This document shows, one piece after another, positions 50,023-62,815 of a stretch of 64,000 nt of DNA (position 1 is its first letter; every line of letters begins with the position of its first letter). The stretch lies in NCBI GenBank assembly GCA_016748015.1, contig JAAOMT010000557.1, positions 186,001 through 250,000 of the forward strand, written 5' to 3'. The position numbers and the translations under genes are program-made. The DNA is from Geosiphon pyriformis uo1. Taxonomy: Eukaryota > Fungi > Glomeromycota. The notes under the pieces are model-generated. The model had not been told where the DNA came from, searched no databases, and was given only the letters and a program-made list of their open reading frames with translations.

Positions 50023-52360
50023 ATGTCTTACCAAAGAAATGTTCATGACAATTGCAACATTAGAGCCCACATGACCAGAATCCAAACTAGAGGTAAACAC
50101 CTGGATATCATTAAACTTATTCATGATCTATGGACAAATTTTACTCTTTAACTTGGTCTCAGTAACAACAAAAATCAAATTGTTTGTCTCCTTATGCCAA
50201 CAAATTATATCATTTTGTTTCACAGGATTGTTCATGCCCCATACATTACATGTGGCAATCTTCCAAACCAAAACACTCATTAAGAAATAAAGGCAGCTGA
50301 CAAATCCAAACCTGAACACAAACAATCTAATTTTTCCAAAACAGATTCAATCAAAACTTCCAAAGCCACTATCTTAGATTCTAAACCACCGACTTTGGTA
50401 GTCAAAACTTTAGAACTACTTGAACTTATAATGGAAGCTGTATTACTAATGACAGGAGGAAAGGGATTGGAAATTGCTAAAGCACCATCCAATACCATAT
50501 CCAAATCTAAACCTGAAATCACAGACACTAGAACTGTTGAAGGAGAAGCATCAGATGTAGTTACCAAAGGCACCAATTTTATGGAACCCAATTTCTCCAA
50601 AATACCAGAAACCTGGTTAGCCAAAAGTTCTAGAAAGCATTCCAAAGAAGCCAAATGACTATATACATCATAATCACCAAGTAAAGCAGAAGCAAATAGA
50701 GAGGTCTCAGCAACAAGAGACTAACCAGCACCAAAAGAAACCAAAGGAGCCATACAAGAAGAGAAACTACCAGCCATCTAAGTCCAAGTTCTACCACCAA
50801 AAGAAACTGGACAAACAATGGGAGCTTGTTTTTTTTTATAAATACCAGCTAAACAAATTCAATCCCAATCAGTTATCATTCACTTCCCACGAACCCCAGA
50901 AATCCCACCAGATGAACATGTATCAGAGATGTGACCAATTTGTGTACATTTGGCACAACAAGCCAGAGAAAAACCAGCCCATTACAAATTCACACCCTTA
51001 AAAACTGGATTAGAACCAATCACAGCCAACTTTGATTCCTTATTAGCAAAACAAACCACAACACATCTGTCATGGACATAAGAACTAGGATTGCAACCAA
51101 TAAAACAGGTCTTCTCACCATATGAATCAAGTAAACCAGACAAATTATAAACAGTAGTGCCAACTGGCAAAGTATAGAGCAAGGCCCTATGCTGATCTCT
51201 GAACACCCAAAAATGTTTATCTTCAACAGTCAATGTTATTCACACAGAATCTTTTTCCATGAGAACAGATCATTTAGAAGCAACCAAATTAGCCACCTCT
51301 GGTAATTCAAACTCAACCAAAGTTTTCTGTCACAAACCAATCAATTGCATCTTGATTAACACAATCTTACTAAACTTAGCAAAAACTGACTCAACTGCTG
51401 ATCTGGAAAGATTGACTGGAATCTCCTTAACAACAATTACCTGATCTGAATGTTTGTTTACCTGTCTAACATCAACATTTACCACAATTTTCTCATGAGT
51501 TGCCAATTCTCTAGCCTTTTTTAAACTCAATTCAGATGTAAAGAAGAATCTAATGATTCCAAGAAATTTTGAGGGAGTCGACGTCCCTCCAAAACCATCA
51601 ATTCAATAGAAAATTTTTTTTATTGTCATCAATTTATCACTATTTGTCTTTCCAGGTACAGCTAACAATTCAACATTAAGCACAAAAAATTTGACAGGCC
51701 CAAAATCACATTTATCCAAAACACGTAACTCAGCAGCTGGCAAATGCTTAGCACCAGAAAATTTAGAAGCCAGAAGTATCAAAACATTGTCATCATCATC
51801 ACTTAAATCATTGAAAGAAATCTTGTTCAGCTTATTACCTAAAACATATGTCTTAGTATGTGTCTTCCTGGGAGTAGCATCATCCATCTCATTGTCAACT
51901 TTCAAAGCATTTGAATCAGCATAACTTGTTTCTTCTACAATCATATCTTTCATGTTTTCCGAATTCAAAATGCTACTGATACTGCTCACTTCACTGTTTA
52001 CTTTGCTGTCTCACAATCTCACAGGTTTGTTACTGTCAGTAAGCATATCCGTGAGAACCAGAGGGCCAGCAGACATCTTGACAACACCACTAGCAACAAC
52101 AAACTTCTTGGGTTTTTTATAAGACACACTTTGCAAATAAACACTCACCTGACGCTTGGTTTTAACACCTAACCGGGTCCCCAACTCAGCCAAAATAGAC
52201 ACTAACTCACCAGCAAAAGAGCTTACTAGATCCATATTTATGAACAAAGATACATTGGAAAAAATAACTGCAAAACTTATAAGGATAAGGGAAGAAGGAA
52301 AATTTACTTCTTCGAAAAAATCAAGCTCTCATTGTGACCAGGAGATCAACAAGAGAAAGA
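50023..52360 (-). mobile_element. LINE, 5' portion (5' hairpin, ORF1, ORF2 start) belonging to the copy at 18305-22856
   Basis: ORF1 fragments 52011..52247, 51603..51989, 51330..51530, 50982..51233, 50280..50654; ORF2 start MSVLVWKIATCNV. Confidence 0.9.
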
Positions 52361-52362
52361 TA

Positions 52363-55300
52363 TTTTTTTTTTTATTATGTTTAACGAGTGAGATCCAAAT
52401 ACTACCTAGAACTATACATCAATGAAATGATCTAAACTAGATGTGAATCATGCTTCCCAGTTACTGTCCACTTGTGCTTCAAATTGTGTGGTTGGGATGG
52501 CCCTATGTAAAGGATTTGTTTTCAATAATTGGTATCGTGAATCTGTCTCTGTTTTTGAGAATCCCAGGGTGGCAGCTTGTAACATGGTGTCTTTTGTGCG
52601 TGAGTTTTGTGCTGCATTCTAAGATGAAATCTGGTTGGTTTGTGTGAAACACCAGGCAGTGATGGAAAAGGGTAGGCTGATTTCTCATGACGGCTCCATT
52701 CCTGCCTCTGTTTTTGGTTTTTCCATGGGCCTTTCAGCAGATGTTGTTAAATTGTTGGGGGTTGCTAATGCAATTAGCATTTGTTTCGGGTTTTGTAGGT
52801 CTTGTTTATTTTTTTCTGGTGCTTGTGAAGAGGTTTCTGTTCATATAAGTGTGTAGTGTTGTTTTAACTGGTCTGAGTGGCTGGTTACATGTAGAAAAGG
52901 CATGATTCATGCCTAGTTTAGATTATTTAATGATGTATTGTACTAGGTAATGTTTGGACTTCACTCATTAAATGAGAATAAAAAAAAAAGAATCATGCAT
53001 TTTACCACACATGACCAGCCACTCGAGCCAGTCAGGACAACACTACACAATTATATTAACAGACACCAGGTCATCAATACCTGAAAAAAACAAACAAAAC
53101 TTGCAAAAGCCAAAAAGAATGCCAAAGGCTTCAGTAATACCAAGCAATTTAACCACACCAGCTGAAAACCTCGAAACCAAACCAGAAACTGGGATGATAA
53201 ATGACCCATCTGCTGAGATCAGGCCATTCTTCTCCATAAAAGCACAATGCTTGGCACAGACCAACCAAATATTATTCCTAAAAGCGGAATATATAAAGCA
53301 CACAAAATCAGTAATTTTAACACCAGCAATTTTGGGGTCATGGAAGACAGTAACAGCCTCCTAAAGCCAACTATTGAAAACAAAACCCTTGTAAAGAGCT
53401 GAGAAAACCAGTAAATCTGGAGCACAGGTCGACATAAACTGCAACACAACTGAAGAGAAAAGAGAAAGCCCAGAAAGCAACTTCCAAAAAGACATGCAGG
53501 ATTCCAGAACCTGATGACAAGCCAAATCATCAATCACACAAGAAAACACATGATCAGAAACCTCTACCTTACCACAATACAGACACAGAACACTAGGATA
53601 ACATTTATTGTAAATATGCCTCCAAACAGCCACAGGAAGCCGACAGTGCAAAGCTGACAATGCAAAGCCTTCATAAGATAAGTACGAGTATTAACTATAA
53701 GCCTACTAGTGAAACCAGTGGCCATATGCAAATCAGGGTGTCAAACCCTAAAAGAGCTGAGCCAGTCAACATCTGAATGCAAATTAGCCAGAAATCCAGA
53801 ACCAGAACCAATCTCCCAGTGCACATGACAAACTACATAATAAACATCTCAAACAAAGTATCTAGAATTACCAAAAACAACACCACCATCTGCCAACAAA
53901 AAGTGTCCATCCATGCAAGAAGGAAGATACCAACCAGATAGAAAAGCAGCATTAGTGATGCTATCAGCACGATTATTTCCTGAAACACCAGAGTGGCCCT
54001 TGACTTTGTGTTAGCTAACTCTCAAATTCTTACTGTGAATAACATTCCGAATATGCCGACACTTGACCCAACATTGATTGTGAAAGTCAGAGCACACCAG
54101 ACTTAACTCAGACTTACAAGCATCTAAAATTGCTTGACTATTCAAAAACAAATTAACAAAATGAGCTGCAAACACGCACTCCAAAGCCAATGCTATAGCC
54201 TGTAACTCCGCCAAAGTAGATGACACTAAACCTTGAACACCAACACCTACACCCAAATCAATGTCCTCAAAAAAAACTGCTGCCCCAGTTCTACAATCAA
54301 CTGTGCCCAAATTTCTCAAAAAACTATCTGTATATACTGACAAATTATCAATGTTAACCTGGGAAAGACGATTATGAGCAAACACAAAATTATTAGACTC
54401 ATAAAAGTTAAGAAAACCAGCACCAACTGAGACTGTAGAAGAGGAATAAAAAGCCGCAAAAAATGCAACAAAAAGTCCAAACCAATCAGAAACTGGGCCA
54501 TGAGGATCCAGTCTCTTCCACCACTTGAAGGTGCGTCAGCTAAAAACAACACCATGTTAATTACAAAGCTAATCCACAAAGGCAATGCCAAAATACTAGA
54601 GAAAAAGTAAAAACTTGAAAAACAAAGACTTGCCAAGAACAACAGACATAGGAATCCCATCATGAAACCAAAAAGCACTGGTTAAAGAGCCATCCAAAGA
54701 CAAATTGCAATCAAGAAGAATGCGAACTATACCAGCCAAGAAATTATTAGAAACACTGATGCAAATATGAGCAGGAGAGATCAGTAGGTGAATGGGCCGC
54801 CAACACAGAATCTGTAAATTATGTGACCTATGATTGAACAGATGCCCCAAAATCCCACCAAAGTTTACAAAACTAATAAGCAAAACCACTTTACTCTCAG
54901 ATTAACACTGTGAAAATGACTTTAAATCATAAAAGAAAGAATGGTGAATAGTATCACTAAGAAAATTCAGCAGGAGACCAGCTTTTAGCTTCAAGCCCCT
55001 ACAAATCAGAGCATCTTATTTATCATACACACCAACAGGAATATAGCTGAACTGCATTTTGTAGCCAATTATGAAATGGAGAACTGCTGACACCAGATAC
55101 AAGAATTGTTTATCTGAAACTGCCTTCTTCAGAACCAAATTAATAAAGAAATGAACATCCAAATGTGCCTTAGCCAAGCTAAGCTTTAAAAAACCTTCAG
55201 TCGACAAAAAGATACCAAGATACTGATAAGATTCCCCTCTACGGGCAACTGAAATTGGCAAACCACTAATAAAAAGAGACGGAACACTGACTCTGCAATT

Positions 55301-58300
55301 GATTAGAATAGCCACAGTTTTGTCATTATTAATTGAAATGTCATTGACTCTAAAAAATTCACTAGCAATGTCAAGAATATGCTGAGTAGCAGCCTGACTG
55401 CTACCAATCCAAATAGTATCATCAACAAAGACACCAACAGTGAAAAAGAAAAAAAGTCCAGCCTGAGATTCAGTATGACTACTTTTAGAAACAAAATGAG
55501 AATTGAGCCTATAATCACACACACTCCCTTGACACTTGACTTCACACAAAAGAGGATCATAAAATATGTGCCACAGCAGAGGAGAAAAAACTTCTTCTTG
55601 GTTCAACCCATCAAACACCTGGTAATCATTGGTCAAACCAAAATCTGTCATGACACAGTTGGTTTAGTTTTTATGAATACTACCAAAAAAGCAAACAAAT
55701 TTACTACACATTTTGATTCTGACCAAACTCCTCTCAAAATGCTTCCAGCCAACTGAATTATATGTTTTCTGCATGTCCTGCAAAACAAGCCAGAGTTCTC
55801 AGTTTTTTTCCAAAGCATCTTTGATTACCAAGCCAACTGCAAAAATAGGAGACTGAGTTGTTGTATCCTTTAAAACTAAAAAATTGTCACCACATAGAAC
55901 ATCATAGGAGCTGCAAACCAGTAAGATCCTATCTGAAAGAATCTTGGAAAGAATCTTGTGAGCTGTTTCAATCAAGGCAATAGGATGAGTATTCATAAGA
56001 ACATCCTTCCACTCATAAGGTTTGGAAATTATCGAAACCCAAGTCTCCTTCCAAGGGCCAGGCACTGACTCACAAGACAAACAAGAATTCAAAAGAACCA
56101 AAAACAAACCCAAAACTGATTTATCACAACATTTCCAAAGCTCATTAGAGATACTTAAGAGACCAGCAGCTTTCCCATTAGGCAGACTGAAAACCACACA
56201 ATGCAACTCATCAACATCAATCTCATTCATTACCCCAGAAAAAGCATTATCAAAAACATAGTTCAAAGGTCTGTATTGACGAGACTAAGTATCAAAGATA
56301 TTATTAACCATTACACATTTCCTGGTCTATCCTTCCATAATAGCATCCACCTTAAACTTCACCAAATCAGGTTCAAGAACCAACTCATTATTCACTACCA
56401 GATGGTTCAAAACCACTTTGTGAAAAGGACACTCCAATACACTTCTGATTGTACGACCCTTATCCAGTTCAAAACTTTCCATCCTATTGTTAATAGCCTG
56501 TTTAATGTAAGATTCCTCAGCATGCTTAGACTCCAGCAATTTTGAAGAGTGGTATAACCATCTTACTTTGGCCAGAGCAGAATGAATGTTATCAAATTTA
56601 GCACCAAAATAGAACATAGATTTCACCAACAACGCACTAGCAGAGTCAAGATTGTTCCATGTAACCAAAAGCAAAGCAAAACTGACACTAGAATTCAAAC
56701 GAGAAGCCTTCACCAGCTTGGAAACCAATAGCTCCAGCTTGTAAAACCTAGATGATACCCTATTGTGAACCATATCAAAACTCTTGAATCATTTTTTTTT
56801 GAAAGTACCACTAGCTGAGAGAACCATAATCTTGCGAATAATGTCCCACATAGTGCCAAGATCAGAAAATTTCACAGCATCACTAAACACACCTGAAAAC
56901 ATAGCAGCATTAGTAGCCATAGCATCCTTAAACTCAAGCCATTTAGCCTCACTGGCATTTTTGACATCAAATTTCCAACAATCTTTATTCACCTGCTTGT
57001 GAAGAGAAAACAAGGGTGTATTCAGCAAACCACCCAAGTCCAGAGATACAGACACAGCTTGGTGGTCTATATCAAAATAATCATCAACATCTGAAACACC
57101 ACAATATACTAAAGAATTGACCAGATTCAGTGAAACAAACACATAATCAATAGTCTTCATAACACCTCTAGAGTTTGCCCAAATGGGCATCTTAATGACT
57201 GGGCTTCCAATCAAAGAGTTAACCAACTCCAACTCAAGGCACTTTTTAAAACTCGCACACTTCTGAGAACCATTTTCATTAAAATTACCACCAAAGATAA
57301 CAAAAGAAGACTTATTAATGACCTTAGCAATAAGAGAGTTGATCTTACCAGCCTGAAAAAACCAAACCACTGATAAAACACCAGCATAGAGCCCCAAAAT
57401 AGACACTGAAAGTTTATTCTTGAAAAGCAACCTAATGGATAGGATCTGACCAGGCACCTTAGAGACCTTGCAGATGTGTTTAGCCAAAGAAGAATTCACG
57501 ACAATCATCACACCAGCACCCAGAGAACCAGAATCCAGACCAGAAGTAAAAACCTAAACACCATCAAATTTGTCAGCCAACTATGGACAAACTCTCCCTT
57601 TAAGTTTTGACTCTGTAAAAATAGAAACCAAATTGTTCATATCCTTGTGCCAATAAATAACATCATCTTGCTTCACAGGATTGTTCAATCCATGAACATT
57701 ACACATTGCAATTTTCTACACCAGACTACTCATTGAGAAAAAGGTAGAGAAGAAGCACCACCTGCCCAAGCCAAACCATCCAAGTGTGCTAAAAGGCTCA
57801 TAATTAAAGCAGAGAGATCTTCCAACATGTTTTTCAGTTTTACAATCTCAGGTGAAGCATTTGAACCTGAAATGACAGCAGTCTTGCCACTAGTGGCTTT
57901 ACCCAAACTCATTTCCATCACTATATCCTTCTCTTGATTTTGTAATAGGGGGGTTACTAGCAGCTAACATCCAGAGCTAGGCTGGAAAACCACCAGCATG
58001 AATGACTCCAATCTCTTAACCAACTCACTAATTTGTCTCACAAGGCTGACAAGACTGCTTTCAATATTAACTAGATGTGATTCTAAATTGTTCACCACAG
58101 GAGGGAGAGGTTTACTATTTCTTAAAGAACCAAGTTGAGAATCATAGCCAAGAAAACTACCCAAAGAAAAAGAGCCAGCCACTGATGCCCAAGTTTTCTT
58201 ACCAAAAGCCAAAGAGTGGGAGATAGGCACCAATTTCTTTTCATAAATTTTCACCAATCTAAATCAATCATGAGCCAAGAGAGGAGCCTTTTTGCTCTTG

Positions 58301-59660
58301 GGAACGAGAAAGACTCCAACTGATTTACAGAACAAAGAAGTATGGCCAAGAGAATCACAAGCAGAGCACACAAGAGAAGACAAATGTGATCAGCGGAGAC
58401 CTACACTCTTTATAACTGGCATAACAGCTACAGCCTGGTTCATATTTTCCTCAGAGTCAAAACACACAGTGGCACAGCATGCACAAATGTAGTTGACAGA
58501 ATTATGGTCGATGACCACCAACTGAAACAAGAAAATCTCACAAATCATGTGCATTTGTTCCTACAGAAAGAGTATAAAGTAATGTCCTGAATTTGTTTCT
58601 GGAGTCCCATGTTTGTTTGTCAATGTCGGCCCTGGCCACATGAACTGCATCTTTCCCAATGAGAATAGACCACATGGACACCAAAAGATCAGCCTAATTT
58701 TGATCCTCTAATTTGACAAATGCCTTTTGCCACAAACCCACCAGTTGCATTTTGATTGACTTAATTATCCCAAATTCGGATACAGCAGCATGCACAGTCT
58801 TAATAGAAGTTCTCACAGGAATCTCTTTTAACACAATTGCCCAATTCATATGATTGTAGCCAGAGTGCTTGAGATCAGTGTTTACCACAACACCACCTTC
58901 ATTTGCCAAATTTGCTATAACCATCATTGCCTTTTTAGAAGTAAAAGTTGCATAGATAATACCACCAAATTTTGAGAGGGTAGAGACCCCCCCCCCAAAA
59001 CCATTCACACCTGAAAAAAATTTTTTGATAAAATTTGATTTTTCCTGAGAGGATTTCTTAGCAACAGCCACAAGATCAATATTCAAAGCAAAGAATTTGC
59101 GAACAGAAACCTGAACTGAAGATTTGAGTAAAAAAGAAAGTAGAAGGAAAGCAGACTCATCCAGAAAGTCACCATCATCAAAGCCATCTTCAAAGTTAAT
59201 TTTGCCCAGTGGTTTGCCCAATACTTTTTTGGTCTTAATTTTGAGACCTGAGCTTTTTGGTGTTTGGTTGGGGTCCCTCCCATCAAAGGCATTTCTTTCT
59301 TCATAATTGATACTGGTTTCTTCAACAAGATACTCTTCTTTTATGTCAATACTCTTAGACTCGATAGTGTCATCAGAGTCAGAAATTCGTGAATGATTAC
59401 TAGTTGTTTCAATAACACCTCTTTTTACCAAAACATTCTCAGCCAAAACTCCACTCTTTCTTTTTTTTCTCGACAGGACAGATCTAAAACCACTATCAGC
59501 ACCAGAATTTTTTCAACCTCTTTTATAACAGCAATAGTAGGGTTGATGGTGGCCTTGAAATCAAAAAATGGTTTGGATTTGTTATACTGAATGGTTAAAA
59601 ACTTCTTTCAAAAAACTTATGATACTTTTTTTGGAAATTTTAGACAAAGGAAAGAAAGAA
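52363..59660 (-). mobile_element. Near full-length degenerate LINE (more divergent ORF1 subfamily); its 3' UTR is interrupted by a truncated LINE
   Basis: ORF1 ~59526-57730 (AIVLKEIPV..VSEFGII, CSACDSLGHTSLFC, FSQ*), ORF2 57733-53043 with GVFVDDT, VYTDS, CLYCGKVEVSDHVFSC; tail remainder and poly(A) at 52363-52453; 5' end approximate. Confidence 0.9.
52454..52989 (+). mobile_element. 5'-truncated LINE (ORF2 C-terminus, 3' tail, poly(A)) with 9-bp TSD
   Basis: SQLLSTCAS..ALCKGF..CLFFSGACEEVSVHISV*; flanked by GAATCATGC at 52445-52453 and 52990-52998. Confidence 0.9.
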
Positions 59661-59689
59661 GTATTTTATATTATCTTTAATATTGAATT

Positions 59690-60050
59690 ATTCACAAATT
59701 ATTATTATTATTTTTTTTTTATAATATTAAAAATTTGTTTATTTGTTTTTATAATTTATTAAATAAAATAATAATTAAAAAACACAATAATATTTGTTAT
59801 TAATTTAACTATTATTTAATATAATATAATTACTATATTTTTTAAATTAAATTTAACTTATATATTTTTATATGTAATTAAATACTAAATTACATTAAAA
59901 CTACAGAAAAAACTTATCCAAAAAATTGTTTTTTAATAATTTATATATTATTAAATATTAAACTAATTAACTAGTTATTATTATAAAATTAAATTTAATC
60001 TTAAAAAACTTAAGTTTTTAAAATTTTATTAAATTAACAAAAAAATTTTT
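59690..60050. other. Extreme AT-rich tract
   Basis: Near-pure A/T between two divergently oriented elements. Confidence 0.7.
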
Positions 60051-62345
60051 AAATCAACTCTTTGTTTCCTTAATTTTATGACCACGACCAGAGCAAAGAG
60101 TAAAAAAGCTGTACTTGATATCTGTCTTGAGATATCTAATAAAATTTCAACCAGAGGAGCTCTCTCTGTTGTAGAAGCAACTAGGCAAAATGTTTTAGAA
60201 GTCTTTTCTTTACCCAGTAATTGTGATAAGCTGCCTTTGGTAGCCACTGAAGCAATTTCCTCATCTTTGGCTGGTTTCTCACCAGTCAAAGTTCCCTTAA
60301 AGAGACACACTTAGATTAGTCTCAGTGTTGCCTCCATCCCAACCAAGAGCCCAAAAGTTTTTAATAATAGACCAGTAAATAAGCTGGTTTTCTCCTCCAT
60401 AGATTTAACACTTGGTGCTGCTAGTACCACCTCTTCAAAAAAAATGGTCAAAAAGACCAAAAGTTCAGAAAAATGGGGGCAGTTACTTGCCTTTGCTATT
60501 GTTACACCAAACTCTTTTGTGGTTCTCAATGAGATCTTAGATGAGATTTCTATAGTATCATCTGGCACATCGTTCAAGATGGGCCAAGATTAACCACTGG
60601 CTGTATTGCCAAATGTGGTATCTTCTGGCAGATCATCACTGGTTTTAGAAGCAAAACAATCTCCTCCTGTTGAATCACCTGTTCTTGGGAACTGGGCTGA
60701 TCATATGGAAACTGAATTATTTCCTCCTTTAGTTTCTGGTGCTACTTCTGATAGTGCTTGGGAAACTATTACTAGTCGTCAAAGATTTGCTGGATGGGTG
60801 GCCTCTATTCTGGTGCTTGGTGCTACTTTTAAGATCAAATTGGCTCATGTTAAGGCTGTTTTTCAGTCTGTACATGGTTTCTTAGGTGCTAAATCTGTTT
60901 CAAAAGACAATGTGAAGCTTTTCTGTATGGAGTTTGCTTCTCACTAGTCTTTGAAAGCTGCATTTCTGGTCGAGCTTACAAGCTTTGTTCATTTGGTTAC
61001 TCTAAAAATTGCCAAGTTTTTGGTGGTTTCTGAATCTGGTTCCTCTCTTGCCACTGTTGCACTGCATAATGTACCCTTAAGTGTGTCAGCTGCTAATATT
61101 AAGACAGTTTTTGGTGTATTTGGTAAGATTGCCCATATTGTACTGAAGCCTGCTAGTGTTTGGCAGTATGTGGTTGTTTACTTTAAGAAATTGGATGCTG
61201 CTACTGTTGCTCTCAATTATTGGTCAATTCTGGTGAGCAAAGATAGTGTTAAGATCCTTCCAGTTATTAATCAGAATGAGGCCATTCTGTTTCGTGATAG
61301 GTTCAAGACCAAGTTGGTCAATCTTTCTTCTGGCTGCACAGCTTTTGAAATTAGTGATATGATTTCTTGAGTTGGTGGGTAGATGTGCTTCATCCCTTGG
61401 TTTTCTGATTCTGGTTGTCATTCCTGGTTTGCTTTGGTTACATTTGACTCTTAAGACAATTTGGATTCTATTGTAGTCAAGACTGGTACTCTAAGGAAAT
61501 ACTGTATCTGGTGGAAAACTTCTGGCTGCTGGTGCTGCTTTAGGTGTCAAGAAGTAGGCCATCTGGCTGCAGATTACAAGGTTTTCTTGTCTCCTACTCC
61601 TAAGGTTCCCAAAGTTTTCAAGTCTCATTTTGTGGGTTCTGCTTTATATGCTAAAACTGCTGCTCCTTTTGGTCTTTCTGAGTTTCCTTCTTTAGTGGCT
61701 CCTTTGGCTGCTTCTGCTGCTGATTTTGCTGTTGGTTTTAGATTGGACTTTTTGTGAAAAGCAGATTTCGGATTTGGCTGCTTTGGTTAAGTCTATTGTT
61801 GAGCCTATTGGTTTTTTGGTTGCTTTGGTGTTTTATCTTTTTGATGATAATGCTGTTAAGGCTGTTCAGATCGAAAAAGATATCATTTCCATGAAGAGTG
61901 CTGTTAACAATTTTGCTAACCTCATGATTGGAGTTTCTAAGGACATTGCTTGTCTTAGATCTGAGGTTGACTTTGGTGGTATGGATTATAATGGTATGCT
62001 GGCTACTAAGCCTTTTTTTTTAAGTGAGGATACTATTAAGCATATTATTGCTTTGTAGCAATTGTTTGGTGCTGAAACCAGGAGCAATATTGAGTCTATT
62101 AGATTGTTTCTTAGTGAGTTTATTTTTGACTCTAAGAATCTAAATGGTATCATTGAGAGAATTCGTGAGTTGAGATTATTCTCACCTATTTTTGGTTCAG
62201 CGTAGTAAGTCCTTGATTGGGCCGAGTGTCTGATTATGTGTAAAAAACGCATGATTTATGCCTATAATGTAATCCCTTCTGTGGTATTATAGTTTTAAGT
62301 AGTGTTTGGGTCTTACTCATTAAATAATAATAATAATAATAATAA
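60050..62345 (+). mobile_element. Non-autonomous ORF1-only (HAL1-like) non-LTR element
   Basis: Single decayed ORF 60078-62205, followed directly by a variant of the LINE 3' tail and (TAA)n; no ORF2 sequence. Confidence 0.78.
60078..62205 (+). pseudogene. ORF1-like protein (~700 codons): S/P-rich N-terminus, RRM-like segments, CCHC knuckle, coiled coil
   Basis: VALHNVPLSVSAANIKTVFGVFGKI..VVVYF, CFRCQEVGHLAADY, VQIEKDIISMKSAVNN..IACLRSEVD; fragments share one frame apart from a +1 shift near 61750. Confidence 0.75.
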
Positions 62346-62815
62346 AATTTTTATATTTAAAACAACCAAAATTCTTAATCATATTAAATTTATATTAAAA
62401 TTAAACAAAATTAACTTATTTTTTATAATATATTCTATTTTTAAACTTACTATTTTTTGTTTAATTTATCAACTATTTTATTAAAAATATTGTTTAATCT
62501 AAAAAATTTTGTTTTTAAATATACTTTATATAAGTATATTATTTTTACAAAAATTAAAAAACAATAATTATAAAACTAACAGATTTAATAAATTAAATCA
62601 AAACAATCAAATTAGTTAATTTAAATTTTAAAAAACCAAATAAAAACTGTCTATAAAATCAGTAATAGCAAAAAAAATTGGCAAAAATACAACAATAAAA
62701 AAACTAATAAAATAAAAATCTTAATATAAAATTTAGTATTAATATAACAAGATTTAAAAACTTTGAAAAAATCACAATTTTAAATAAAAATTAAAAAATA
62801 TATATATTATTTTTA
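62346..62815. other. Extreme AT-rich tract
   Basis: Near-pure A/T between two convergent non-LTR tails. Confidence 0.7.
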
